DNA of 64,000 nt from Eledone cirrhosa (taxonomy: Eukaryota), in contig OZ024740.1 in the NCBI GenBank assembly GCA_964016885.1, forward strand, positions 221,092,001-221,156,000, written 5' to 3'. Both the position numbers and the translations under genes were made by a program. The notes under the pieces were generated by a model, which was given only the letters and a program-made list of their open reading frames with translations, was not told the origin of the DNA and did not search any database. Shown one piece after another: positions 30,821 through 42,622 of the stretch. Numbering within the stretch: position 1 is the first letter of the stretch; each line of letters starts with the position of its first letter.

Positions 30821-33062
30821 GTCAACACAATAAAAAAGCACCCAGTCTACCCTGTCAAGTGGAAGTGCTGGTGCCATGATAAAATGCACCTGGTACATGC
30901 CATGAAGTCAATACAATAAAAAAGCACCCAGTCTACCCTGTCAAGTGGAAGTGCTGGTGCCATGATAAAATGAACCTGGTACATGCCATGAAGTTAACAC
31001 AATAAAAAAGCACCCAGTCTACCCTGTCAAGTGGAAGTGCTGGTGCCATGATAAAATGCACCTGGTACATGCCATGAAGTCAATACAATAAAAAAGCACC
31101 CAGTCTACCCTGTCAAGTGGAAGTGCTGGTGCCATGATAAAATGAACCTGGTACATGCCATGAAGTCAACACAATAAAAAAGCACCCAGTCTACCCTGTC
31201 AAGTGGAAGTGCTGGTGCCATGATAAAATGCACCTGGTACATGCCATGAAGTCAACACAATAAAAAAGCACCCAGTCTACCCTGTCAAGTGGAAGTGCTG
31301 GTGCCATGATAAAATGCACCTGGTACATGCCATGAAGTCAATACAATAAAAAAGCACCCAGTCTACCCTGTCAAGTGGAAGTGCTGGTGCCATGATAAAA
31401 TGCACCTGGTACATGCCATGAAGTCTCAACACAATAAAAAAACACCCAGTCTACCCTGTCAAGTGGAAGTGCTGGTGCCATGATAAAATGAACCTGGTAC
31501 ATGCCATGAAGTCAACACAATAAAAAAGCACCCAGTCTACCCTGTCAAGTGGAAGTGCTGGTGCCATGATAAAATGCACCTGGTACATGCCATGAAGTCA
31601 ACACAATAAAAAAGCACCCAGTCTACCCTGTCAAGTGGAAGTGCTGGTGCCATGATAAAATGCACCTGGTACATGCCATGAAGTCAACACAATAAAAAAA
31701 CACCCAGTCTACCCTGTCAAGTGGAAGTGCTGGTGCCATGATAAAATGCACCTGGTACATGCCATGAAGTCAACACAATAAAAAAACACCCAGTCTACCC
31801 TGTCAAGTGGAAGTGCTGGTGCCATGATAAAATGCACCTGGTACATGCCATGAAGTCAACACAATAAAAAAGCACCCAGTCTACCCTGTCAAGTGGAAGT
31901 GCTGGTGCCATGATAAAATGCACCTGGTACATGCCATGAAGTCAACACAATAAAAAAACACCCAGTCTACCCTGTCAAGTGGAAGTGCTGGTGCCATGAT
32001 AAAATGCACCTGGTACATGCCATGAAGTCAACACAATAAAAAAGCACCCAGTCTACCCTGTCAAGTGGAAGTGCTGGTGCCATGATAAAATGCACCTGGT
32101 ACATGCCATGAAGTCTCAACACAATAAAAAAACACCCAGTCTACCCTGTCAAGTGGAAGTGCTGGTGCCATGATAAAATGAACCTGGTACATGCCATGAA
32201 GTCAACACAATAAAAAAGCACCCAGTCTACCCTGTCAAGTGGAAGTGCTGGTGCCATGATAAAATGCACCTGGTACATGCCATGAAGTCTCAACACAATA
32301 AAAAAACACCCAGTCTACCCTGTCAAGTGGAAGTGCTGGTGCCATGATAAAATGCACCTGGTACATGCCATGAAGTCAACACAATAAAAAAGCACCCAGT
32401 CTACCCTGTCAAGTGGAAGTGCTGGTGCCATGATAAAATGCACCTGGTACATGCCATGAAGTCAACACAATAAAAAAACACCCAGTCTACCCTGTCAAGT
32501 GGAAGTGCTGGTGCCATGATAAAATGCACCTGGTACATGCCATGAAGTCAACACAATAAAAAAGCACCCAGTCTACCCTGTCAAGTGGAAGTGCTGGTGC
32601 CATGATAAAATGCACCTGGTACATGCCATGAAGTCAACACAATAAAAAAGCACCCAGTCTACCCTGTCAAGTGGAAGTGCTGGTGCCATGATAAAATGCA
32701 CCTGGTACATGCCATGAAGTCAACACAATAAAAAAGCACCCAGTCTACCCTGTCAAGTGGAAGTGCTGGTGCCATGATAAAATGCACCTGGTACATGCCA
32801 TGAAGTCAACACAATAAAAAAACACCCAGTCTACCCTGTCAAGTGGAAGTGCTGGTGCCATGATAAAATGCACCTGGTACATGCCATGAAGTCAACACAA
32901 TAAAAAAGCACCCAGTCTACCCTGTCAAGTGGAAGTGCTGGTGCCATGATAAAATGCACCTGGTACATGCCATGAAGTCAACACAATAAAAAAGCACCCA
33001 GTCTACCCTGTCAAGTGGAAGTGCTGGTGCCATGATAAAATGCACCTGGTACATGCCATGAA
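30821..33062 (+). repeat. 86-bp satellite, 26 near-identical units, expanded inside a SINE/RTE-type 3' tail
   Basis: Unit gtcaacacaataaaaaagcacccagtctaccctgtcaagtggaagtgctggtgccatgataaaatgcacctggtacatgccatgaa; followed by the cccatgcaagcatggaa...gatgat tail. Confidence 0.95.
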
Positions 33063-33614
33063 GTGGTTGGAATAAAGAAAGAAAAACTAGTTGAAGAAAC
33101 CATGGCAAAATGGAATGTATGAATGAGGCAATAATCTGACTTGTCTAGCCTCAAAATGTTTAACCCATGCAAGCATGGAAAATAGATGTAAATTGGTGAT
33201 GATAATGATGACATATATGCACGTGTGTATTTATACACATATACATATATATCAACATATACATTAATATCTGTTTTTCTGTCATACACACACAATAACT
33301 AACACAGTTATATATATATATATATATATATGCACAGACATTTTAATATAATCAGCTGCCACAGCTGTTGATAATGATATACCAAGTGAGTGAGAACTAA
33401 ATGTACTGTAAATAATGTGGTACATGCTGAAAATAGTAATACATACACACATATATATATTGAACTGTCCTGTGTCATACAGCTCATCAGTCCGTCCATG
33501 CTTACCATATTCTATGGCTTCTTTGTACCATTTTAAATGAGAAGTTATCAAGCCCCTAGTTCAACCATCTTCCTTCTCTTGGGGTTAAAAGGACAGTGCA
33601 ATGAAGCCAGTTCT

Positions 33615-35361
33615 GAGGGGAGAGAGAAAGAGGGGAAGAGGAAAAAAAGAGGAAGGGGAGGAAGAGGAGAAAGAGAGGAAGAGGAGGAGAAAGAGGAGGA
33701 AGAAGAGAAAGAGAGAAAGAGGAGAGAGAGGAGAAAGAGGATAGAGAGAGAGAGAGGAAGAGGAGAGAGAGAGGAGAGAGAGAGAGGAGATAGAGGAGAG
33801 AGAGGAGAGAGAGAAGAGAGAGGAGAGAAGAGAGAGGAGAGAGAGAGAGGAGAGAGAGAGGAGAAAGAAAGAGGAGAAAGAGAGAGGAGAAAGAAAGAGG
33901 AGAAAGAAGAGAAAGAGAGAGAAAGAGGAGAGAGAGAGAGAGGAGAAAGAGGAGAGAGAGAGAGAGGAGAAAGAGGATAGAGAGAGAAAGAGGAGAGAGA
34001 GAAAGAGGATAGAGAGAAAGAGGATAGAGAGAGGAGAAAGAGGAGAGAGAGAGAGAGGAGAAAGAGGAGAGAGGGGAGGGAGAGAGGGGAGAGAGAGAGG
34101 AGAAAGGGGAGAGAGAGAGGAGAAAGGGGAGAGAGAGAGGAGAGAGGGGAGAGAGAGAGGAGAAAGAGGAGAGAGGGGAGAGAGAGAGGAGAAAGAGGAG
34201 AGAGGGGAGAGAGAGAGGGGAGAGAGAGAGGAGAGAGAGGAGAAAGAAAGAGGAGAAAGAGAGAGGAGAAAGAAGAGAAAGAAAGAGGAGAGAGAAAGAG
34301 GAGAGAGAAGAGAGTGAAAGAGGAGAGAGAGAGGAGAAAGAGGAGAGAGAGAGGAGAAAGAAGAGAAAGAAGAGAGAGAAAGAGGAGAGAGAGAGAGAGA
34401 GAGAGGAGAAAGAAGGAGAGAGAGAGAGAGAGGAGAAAGAAAGAAGGAGAGAGAGAGAGAGAGAGGAGAAAGAAAGAAGGAAGAAAGAAGAGAGAGAGGA
34501 GAAAGAGGAGAGGAGAGAGGAGAAAGAGGAGAGAGAGAGAGAGGAGAGAAAGGAGAGAGAGAGAGGAGAGAAAGAGAGGAGAAAGAGGAGAGAGAGAGAA
34601 GAAAGAGGAGAGAGAGAGAGGAGAGGAGAGAGAGAGAGGAGAAAGAGAGAGAGAGGAGAAAGAGGAGAGAGAGAGAGGAGAAAGAGGAGAGAGAGAGGAG
34701 AGAAAGAGAGGAGAGAAAGAGGAGAGAGAGAGGAGAGAGAGAGAGGAGAGAGAGAGAGGAGAGGAGAGAGGAAGAGAGAGAGGAGGAGAAAGAGGGGAGA
34801 GAGAGAGCAAGAGGAGAGCGAGGAGAAACAGGAGAGAGAGGAGAGGAGAGAGAGAGAGGAGAAAGAAGAGAGAGAGAGAGAGAGGAGAAAGAAGAGAGAG
34901 AGGAGAGAGGAGAGAGAGAGAGGAGAGAGGAGAGAGGAGAGAGAGAGAGGAGAGAGGGGAGAGAGGAGAGAGAGAGAGAGAGGAGAGAGGGGAGAGAGAG
35001 AGGAGAGAGAGATAGAGAGAGAGAGGGGAGAGAGAGATAGAGAGAGAGAGAGAGGAGAGAGAGAGAGGAGAGAGAGAGAGAGGAGAGAGAGAGAGAGGAG
35101 AGAGAGAGAGGAGAGAGAGGAGAGGAGAGAGAGGAGAGAGAGAGGAGAGGAGAGAGAGGAGAGAGAGGAGAGAGAGAGAGGAGAGAGAGAGGAGAGAGGG
35201 AGAGAGGAGAGAGGGAGAGAGAGAGGAGAGAGGGAGAGAGAGAGAGAGGAAGAGAGAGAGAGGAGAGAGGAATGAGAGGAGAGAGAGGAGAGAGAGAGGA
35301 GAAAGAGGAGAGAAAGAGGAGAGAGAAAGAGGAGAGAGAGAGAGAGAGGAGAGAGAAAGAG

Positions 35362-35393
<32 letters not shown>

Positions 35394-35568
35394 GAGAGAG
35401 AGAGGAAAGAGAGAGGAGAGAGAGAGGAGAGAGAGAGGATGAGAGAGAGAGAGGGGAGAGAGAGAGGAGAGAGAGAGAGGAGAGAGAGAGGAGAGAGAGA
35501 GAGGGGATGAGAGAGAGGGGAGAGAGAGGAGAGAGAGAGGGGAGAGAGAGAGGGGAGAGAGAGGGGAT

Positions 35569-35602
<34 letters not shown>

Positions 35603-36080
35603 GAGAGAGAGAGGGGAGAGAGAGAGGAGAGAGAGGAGGGAGAGAGGAGAGAGAGGAGGAGAGAGAGAGGAGGGAGAGAGAGGAGAAAGAGGAGAGAGAG
35701 AGAGGAGAAAGAGGAGAGAGAGGAGAAGAGGAGAGAGAGAGAGGAGAAAGAGGAGAGAGAGAGAGGAGAAAGAGGAGAAAGAGAGAGAGGAGAAAGAGGA
35801 GAGAGAGAGGAGGAAAGAGGAGAGAAAGAGGAGAAAGAGGAGAGAGAGAGAGGAGAAAGAGGAGAGAGAGAGGAGAAAGAGGAGAGAGAGAGAGAAAGAG
35901 GAGAGAGAGAGAGAAAGAGGAGAGAGAGAGAGAGAAAGAGGAGAGAGAGAGAGAGAAAGAGGAGAGAGAGAGAGAAGAGAGAGAGAGAGAAGAGGAGAAA
36001 GGAGAAAGAGGAGAAAGGAGAAAGAGGAGAGAGAGGAAAGAGAAAAGAGAAAGATAGAGGGGGGGGGGAGACAGAAGAGA
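33615..36080. repeat. ~2.5-kb polypurine (GA/GGA) low-complexity tract
   Basis: Direct reading; long ORFs here are artefacts. Confidence 0.95.
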
Positions 36081-36219
36081 AGCACTGTACTTGACTATTA
36101 TTTCATATGCTCCAGAAGGATGTAACACATGGCTGACCTTAGCAGGATTTAAATTTAGACCACAAAGAACTGAAACAATTACTGCAACATATTTGTCTTC
36201 TCTATCTATATACATATAA

Positions 36220-36780
36220 ACACCCAGTTCACCTGTAAGGTGGTTGTGCTTGTGCCACAACATAAAAGCCTCCAGTCCAGTCTGTAACCTGGTTGCACTG
36301 TGTCATGATGAAAAGCACCTGGTGCCACACCAAAAAGCACCCACCAGTCAACCCTATAAAGTGGTTAGTTGTCCTGGTGCCATAATGAAAAGCACCCAGT
36401 CCACCCTGTAAGGTGGTCAGTTGTCCTGGTGCCCTGATGAACAGCACCAAGTTTACCCTGTAAGTTGTTCATATTGGTGCCACTCCGAAAAGCACCTAGT
36501 TCACCCTGTAAGGTGGTTTTACTGGTGCCACTCTGAAAAGCAATTAGTCTACCTTGTAAGGTGGTTGGTTGTCCTGATGTTATGATGAAAAGCACCCAGT
36601 CCACCCTGTAAAGTGATAGTGGTGGTGCCAGGGAAAAAGCTACTAATACATGGCAGCAACCATAGAAACCAAGCCAGAATCAGATCTATATGAACAAGAT
36701 GAGGTCACCTGACCTGACTAGCATCAGTACATGACAGACCAAGCAAGTATAGGAAATGGATGTTAAGTGATGATGATGAA
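36220..36780 (+). repeat. Degenerate ~40-45-bp tandem array plus SINE tail, same subunit family as the 86-bp satellite
   Basis: Repeated aaaagcacccagtccaccctgtaaggtggt..tggtgcc; ends ggatgttaagtgatgatgat. Confidence 0.75.
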
Positions 36781-36990
36781 ATCAACATCATCACTGCTTA
36801 ATGAGTCAGATGGGTTGTCACACATGAGGCTTGACTGAAATGACCACATCTTGCTCACATGCTCCATTTTGGGCTCAGTTTCTACATAGGATTAAATTCC
36901 TTTGATTTATAGAAAGAGGAAATGGAAAGTTATATTTTTTCCATTTGTCTACAATGAGTTGGCAGAAGTCAATTAATAGGGCATCAGATT

Positions 36991-37190
36991 NNNNNNNNNN
37001 NNNNNNNNNNNNNNNNNNNNNNNNNNNNNNNNNNNNNNNNNNNNNNNNNNNNNNNNNNNNNNNNNNNNNNNNNNNNNNNNNNNNNNNNNNNNNNNNNNNN
37101 NNNNNNNNNNNNNNNNNNNNNNNNNNNNNNNNNNNNNNNNNNNNNNNNNNNNNNNNNNNNNNNNNNNNNNNNNNNNNNNNNNNNNNNNNN
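36991..37190. other. Assembly gap (200 N)
   Basis: Run of N. Confidence 1.
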
Positions 37191-37829
37191 AGTTCAGCTA
37201 ATAACAAACACTCTACACATCATAGCTAAATCCACCGACTGACAGAACTGACGACTAGTTCAGCTGAAGCTCGCTTAACTCTAATTTACCAATAGCTGCT
37301 GCTGTTACTGTTGTTGTTGCTACTGCTGCTTCTGTATAGAAAGCACTACAGTTGAATCAGTAGCAGTACAAGCAGTGCTCGCGTCATGTTCATTTATTAC
37401 ATTTATTACAACGTTAACAATACTACTGTTACTGTTAGTTAATCTAAGCGACACTTGCAGCCTTAAAATGGTAGTTTCTCTCGTTCATAAATAACGGCAC
37501 AAGAGAATTTTCACGGAAAAGGTTTATTTTACACCGACTTAGTGTATAATTGTATAATGTGATTGTTTACATGTGTGCGTGCGTGTGTGAGTATACATAA
37601 ATTAGTTAATATAAATTCTAATGGGAAAAAGGTGTTTGTGTATATATATATATGTGTGTGTGTGTATTTGTATACATATATATGCATATATATATATACA
37701 TGTTTGTATGTATATATGCGTGTGTGTGTGTATGCATATATATATATATATATATATACATACATACACGCATGTATGTATGCATTTACATATGCGCGCA
37801 CACATACATATGCACACACACATACATAT

Positions 37830-37922
<93 letters not shown>

Positions 37923-38020
37923 TGTTTCTACTTTCGGCACAAGGCCAGCAATTACCCAGTACATTACTGGTACTTTATTTTATCGATGTAAGGATGAAAG
38001 GCAAAGTTAACCTTGGCGGG

Positions 38021-38088
<68 letters not shown>

Positions 38089-40169
38089 GTGTGCGTTTAG
38101 TTGATATTCTATTTTTATTTTGTTTTCAATGTATCTGTAAAGCCAATGTATAATTGTAAATATTATGTTCAAACGCACTATACATTAGAAAATATGATTC
38201 GGAGAAAATTTTACGATTCTTTGAAGTGATACAAAAGAGAAAATGTTTGACATATTTGATAGAATTCCTGATGTATACATGTAATAGCAAAGGATAGTAA
38301 TTGCCCTACGTATTGTGGTATAGCGGTAATTACACTATGACGTCAATTAATACACGTTGGTTCGAATCTCCATCGGGCTTTCTCTTTGTATTTTAATTTA
38401 CACAATCGTTTGATAGGAGAATGCGGAGCCGTAACAGTTAACAGGTTTCGCGGTCATATTGTTCCAGGGCTGGTGTCACTGTGTGGTACTTTGGGCAAAA
38501 ATCTTCCACCATAGCCACAGGTTGACCCAAGCCTTATAAATAAAATCAAGTGTTGGACGGAGACATCCGATGATGAGCCTTAAGGTGTCGTTCAGGGTTG
38601 AATCTAGCATCTTAGAGTGGAAACTCCTGCATCGTGCAGGGGAGTCGCACTCTGCAGCGCTTTAGACCAAGGCTACGGCACTGGTACGTAGGGGAGAATG
38701 TGCCAGCTTCCCACGATGGACCTGCTAAGCAGCGTAGAAAGTTGTTTTTTGCGGACACCTTTGTACATAAGGACTCGAGGTGCTACATTTAGGTCAGCTG
38801 TCGGTCCAATTTCACTCAGAGATAGGTCGGTATGGTGTTATATGAGAGGGGTGTGCTATCGAGGTTAATGGTAAACTGGTGAATCACCTCTTTCGTATTC
38901 AGGTGGAATTGTAACAATTTGAAACTATCTGCAATAGGGTTGCATTTCAGTCTATTAAGCGGCCACCAAAAACTTGACCTCAGAACGACACGGCAGAGCT
39001 TTTTCTCTTTATCTCGGGTTGGCGCCAGTTTTCTGGAGAGATTGGTAGACCCGAGGTTAAATGGGATAAGTTTTTCTCAAAGTCATTCCACTCTGGTTTC
39101 TCGGAAGATGAGGCCATACTTCGAGTTGCTTAAGCAATATGGAGATGTAGCGTTTAGCCAAACACTCCAACCCAGTCGATAGGGTTATACTACTTCGATA
39201 AAGGTTTGCATCTGGTCAGATTACTACTACATTCACGGAAACCAATATAACACACAATTCACTCTGTTCTATGTTGTTTTCCTGTCTTATTGACAATAGC
39301 CTCGAAGTAAGCTATTTTCTTAATAAAATGTCTTTATGTAGTGACCATGTTTTACTTGTTCATTCCTCGGCACCCTCTCCACAGCGCTTATATATGGGAC
39401 AATTTTTATTTTATGTATAATCACCCATCAAGCCAACAACAATCACTTCGACAAACTCTGCCGTGCTCAAATGAACAACACACTCAAACCAATTCATTCC
39501 ATCACTACATCCACTCAACAACATTCAACTGTGCTAGAATCCAGCATCAACAACTTCGCTACACTTCTACTTCGTAACATCCGATTTCGCTGCAGAATAC
39601 CATTACAATCATCTTTGTCATGCTCAGTTTCAATCTCCAGGTTTTTAAATATGTTGCCTGTTAGGATGCCCTCTACGTTTGTTGAGACTCAATCGGGGTG
39701 GAGAAAGACGAGATCATCTGCATAGCTATACTGCCGTGGTGAGTACCTCTCAGGCATTACTCATGTACTCCTTCGTAGAGAGCATCATACACATAGGTTT
39801 ATAACCAGGGCTTCAATAAATCCAAGTCATCTGCTTCACGGCATGGCCAAGGATTCTCAGTTACTGGACCAACATCCCTTGATGTTATACTATACCGCCC
39901 TTTCTCTCGCCACGCGGCGAAATTTTACCATGATTCAGACATGGAAAGCTAGATAGCAACAGATATCTCGACCCATCGAACTGAATGTCAACCCCGATAC
40001 AGCCTTCCCCCCATGCGCTAAAACGTTGGGACTACAGATGTTTGTGGAACCCTCAGTCACTTGCACATTAATGTCACGAGCAGGCTGTTTCATCTATCAA
40101 ACAACTGAACACTCATTGTCAAAATCGACGGAGATTCATTCCATTCCTCTCAAGTCCAGAACCTATTGA

Positions 40170-40953
40170 GTTGATCTAGCTATAAACCCACGACACCGTT
40201 GATCTAGCTATAAACCCACGACACCGTTGATTTAGCTATAAACCCACGACATCGTTGATTTAGCTATAAACCCACGACACCGTTGATCTAGCTATAAACC
40301 CGCGATATCGTTGATCTAGCTATAAACCCACGACATCCTTGATCTAGCTATAAATCGTCGACATCCTTGATCTAGCTATAACCCCGCGACACCGCTGATC
40401 TAGCTATAAACCCACGACACCGTTGATCTAGATATAAACCCATGACACCGTTGATCTAGCTATAAACCCACGGCATCGTTGATCTAGCTATAAACCCACG
40501 ACATCGTTGATCTAGCTATAAACCGTTGACATCCTTGATCTAGCTATAACCCCGCGACACCGCTGATCTAGCTATAACCCCGCGACACCGCTGATCTAGC
40601 TATAAACCCACGACACCGTTGATCTAGCTATAAACTCACGACACCGTTGATCTAGCTATGAAACCACGACATCGTTGATCTAGCTATAAACCCACGACAT
40701 CCTTGATTTAGCTATAAACCCACGACACCGTTGATCTAGCTATAAACCCGCGATATCGTTGATCTAGCTATGAACCCACGACATCCTTGATCTAGCTATA
40801 AATCGTCGACATCCTTGATCTAGCTATAACCCCGCGACACCGCTGATCTAGCTATAAACCCACGACACCGTTGATCTAGATATAAACCCATGACACCGTT
40901 GATCTAGCTATAAACCCACGACATCGTTGATCTAGCTATAAACCCACGACATC
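40170..40953. repeat. 28-bp minisatellite, ~28 units, with higher-order duplication
   Basis: Unit gttgatctagctataaacccacgacacc; variant series repeats at a 448-bp (16-unit) offset. Confidence 0.95.
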
Positions 40954-41079
40954 GTACCTCCACAAGAAGTACTCTACACTGCCATTCATGCCCCTCTGAA
41001 TTCCACCTGTCCATTCCCCATTGCCTTCCCGGGGCAACGTTATTTCCACACTTAGGACATTTTTGTTGTTGCTAAATTA

Positions 41080-41560
41080 GATTATTTCATAAACCGTGCA
41101 CGTTGATTCGACATCGCTAGATGCTTTGGGAAAATGAGCGTCTTTCAGATCCACCTGCATCTTCCTATCATTAACGCCATTAAAACGTCTAAGACTGGCT
41201 CTCTTTTGCCCTTGCATTAACTTTTTCTCGCTTACTCCGTGGAAAACAACTGTATACAGCTTGGTGGAGATTCTCATTGTATTGATGCTTCTGCATTGCT
41301 TCTTTAATTCACTAGCAACGATTGCGAAATCTTTGTTATGTCGTCAGGTATATTCTGTTAGGGACAAGTTACATGCTGTTGTCAGAACATTCCCCGTCGT
41401 TGCGGAATCCCCGCACCGATGATTATTAGTAATGTTGGTTCAGCACCACCGTGTAAGATTATCTGGGACTGGTGGGTGGAAGTACATCCATCATATAAAG
41501 ATTGCAGGAGGAATCGCAATCTGACTACCTGTATTCCCTATACCAGTAGTGGGCCACCTT
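41080..41560 (-). mobile_element. Decayed Hero/NeSL-like RLE non-LTR element fragment (CCHC to RHD/RHN region)
   Basis: FLLQSLYD..PDNLTRW..CGDSATTGNVLTTAC..SLTEYT*RHNK....MQVDL....FP. Confidence 0.6.
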
Positions 41561-42079
41561 TTCTATCTGAATAGCTATTTTGGGATTTAGAAAAATATAA
41601 TTGAAATTATCGGAGCTGTATAATTCATTATTAACAAAAATACACACAAAAGATCATTTAGCAAACTTTTATTTTACTCAATGCGAGATTTAATTTTGAA
41701 TCTCAAATTGCTTCGATCTCTGGGTCATAAAACCTGCCTTGCATTTTAATTAAAGATTGGAGACTTGACATATTGAAATAAAGTAATCCAAATAACGCAA
41801 GAGCCATTCCTGATAGGCAAAAAAACGACTTCTGACACCAGAGCCGGAGGGTTCCGATTCCTGCTCTATAGCATATATATAGTTTCTTTTACTCACATTG
41901 TTTTCTTTATTTCGATTGCTCTCCCTTCGTCTTCAGCTTGGTGATGTATAAATAGAAAATCTTTACCTTGAAGTGTAGTTATAATTTATAAATAGTAATT
42001 TATTTATGGAACTACAATCATAGTTACTCCCTCACTCATACATAACTGGGTGCGTGTATGTATATATGTGTGTATGTTA

Positions 42080-42605
42080 TGTCAGGCGCTCTCGAGTGCT
42101 ACTGGTAACATTTAACCCGGTACAACTTGTCTCATGGTTGGGTCGTCGGCAACTAAACCGGCAACCCCACCAAGCTTGCTTGGTGAGGAGGGTGATATTT
42201 GGACACCCTGCGGGATGAAATACAAGACCCGGCAACGGGCGGAGGAACTTGGCAGAGTCAACGGCCATCCAAATAGTACTTTTTTTTTTACCTGTGTGTG
42301 AAAAGCCCCCAGTTGTTCTCACATCACTTTTGTAGGAGAGGGAAACTCTGAAAAAAAAAAACCCTGCGGCTTCGGAAGCATCTGATGATGTTGACCAGTT
42401 CTCCTTTTCGGGTAGTGTTTTCGATGCTCAGAGATTGGTCTAGTGCAAGGCCTTTCCCCACTTAAAAAAAAAACTTTCAAAGCACAGGCATTGTTTGTTC
42501 AGGATATGTTACAGGTTCGTGTGGTTGACTGTAGCCTAAAAGTACACCATTTTCTGTAATCTGACAAGCGATTGCAATACTCTTAGCAGAGTTTGCAGTC
42601 ACCAT
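42080..42605 (+). mobile_element. Diverged copy of the 7595-8167 non-coding element, with a more complete 5' end
   Basis: Colinear motifs acaac.tgtctcatggt, caccaag..cttggtgaggagggtga, ggaaactctga, gcacaggcattg, gcagtcaccatg. Confidence 0.7.
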
Positions 42606-42622
42606 GTTTGTTTGTATGTATG

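Noticed and set aside
30821-33062. CRISPR or coding repeat
   Set aside because: No spacers, stops in frames, derived from a SINE tail
33537-36263. 845-892-aa Leu/Ser or Glu/Arg ORFs
   Set aside because: Stop-free frames of a GA polypurine tract
38312-38380. Possible tRNA gene
   Set aside because: A/B-box-like motifs only; cloverleaf stems do not pair; likely a decayed tRNA-derived repeat
38600-40100. Possible coding region
   Set aside because: Only short interrupted frames; likely a highly decayed retroelement that cannot be assigned by eye
40170-40953. CRISPR-like repeat/spacer appearance
   Set aside because: Contiguous 28-bp units with no unique spacers, eukaryotic context, no cas genes
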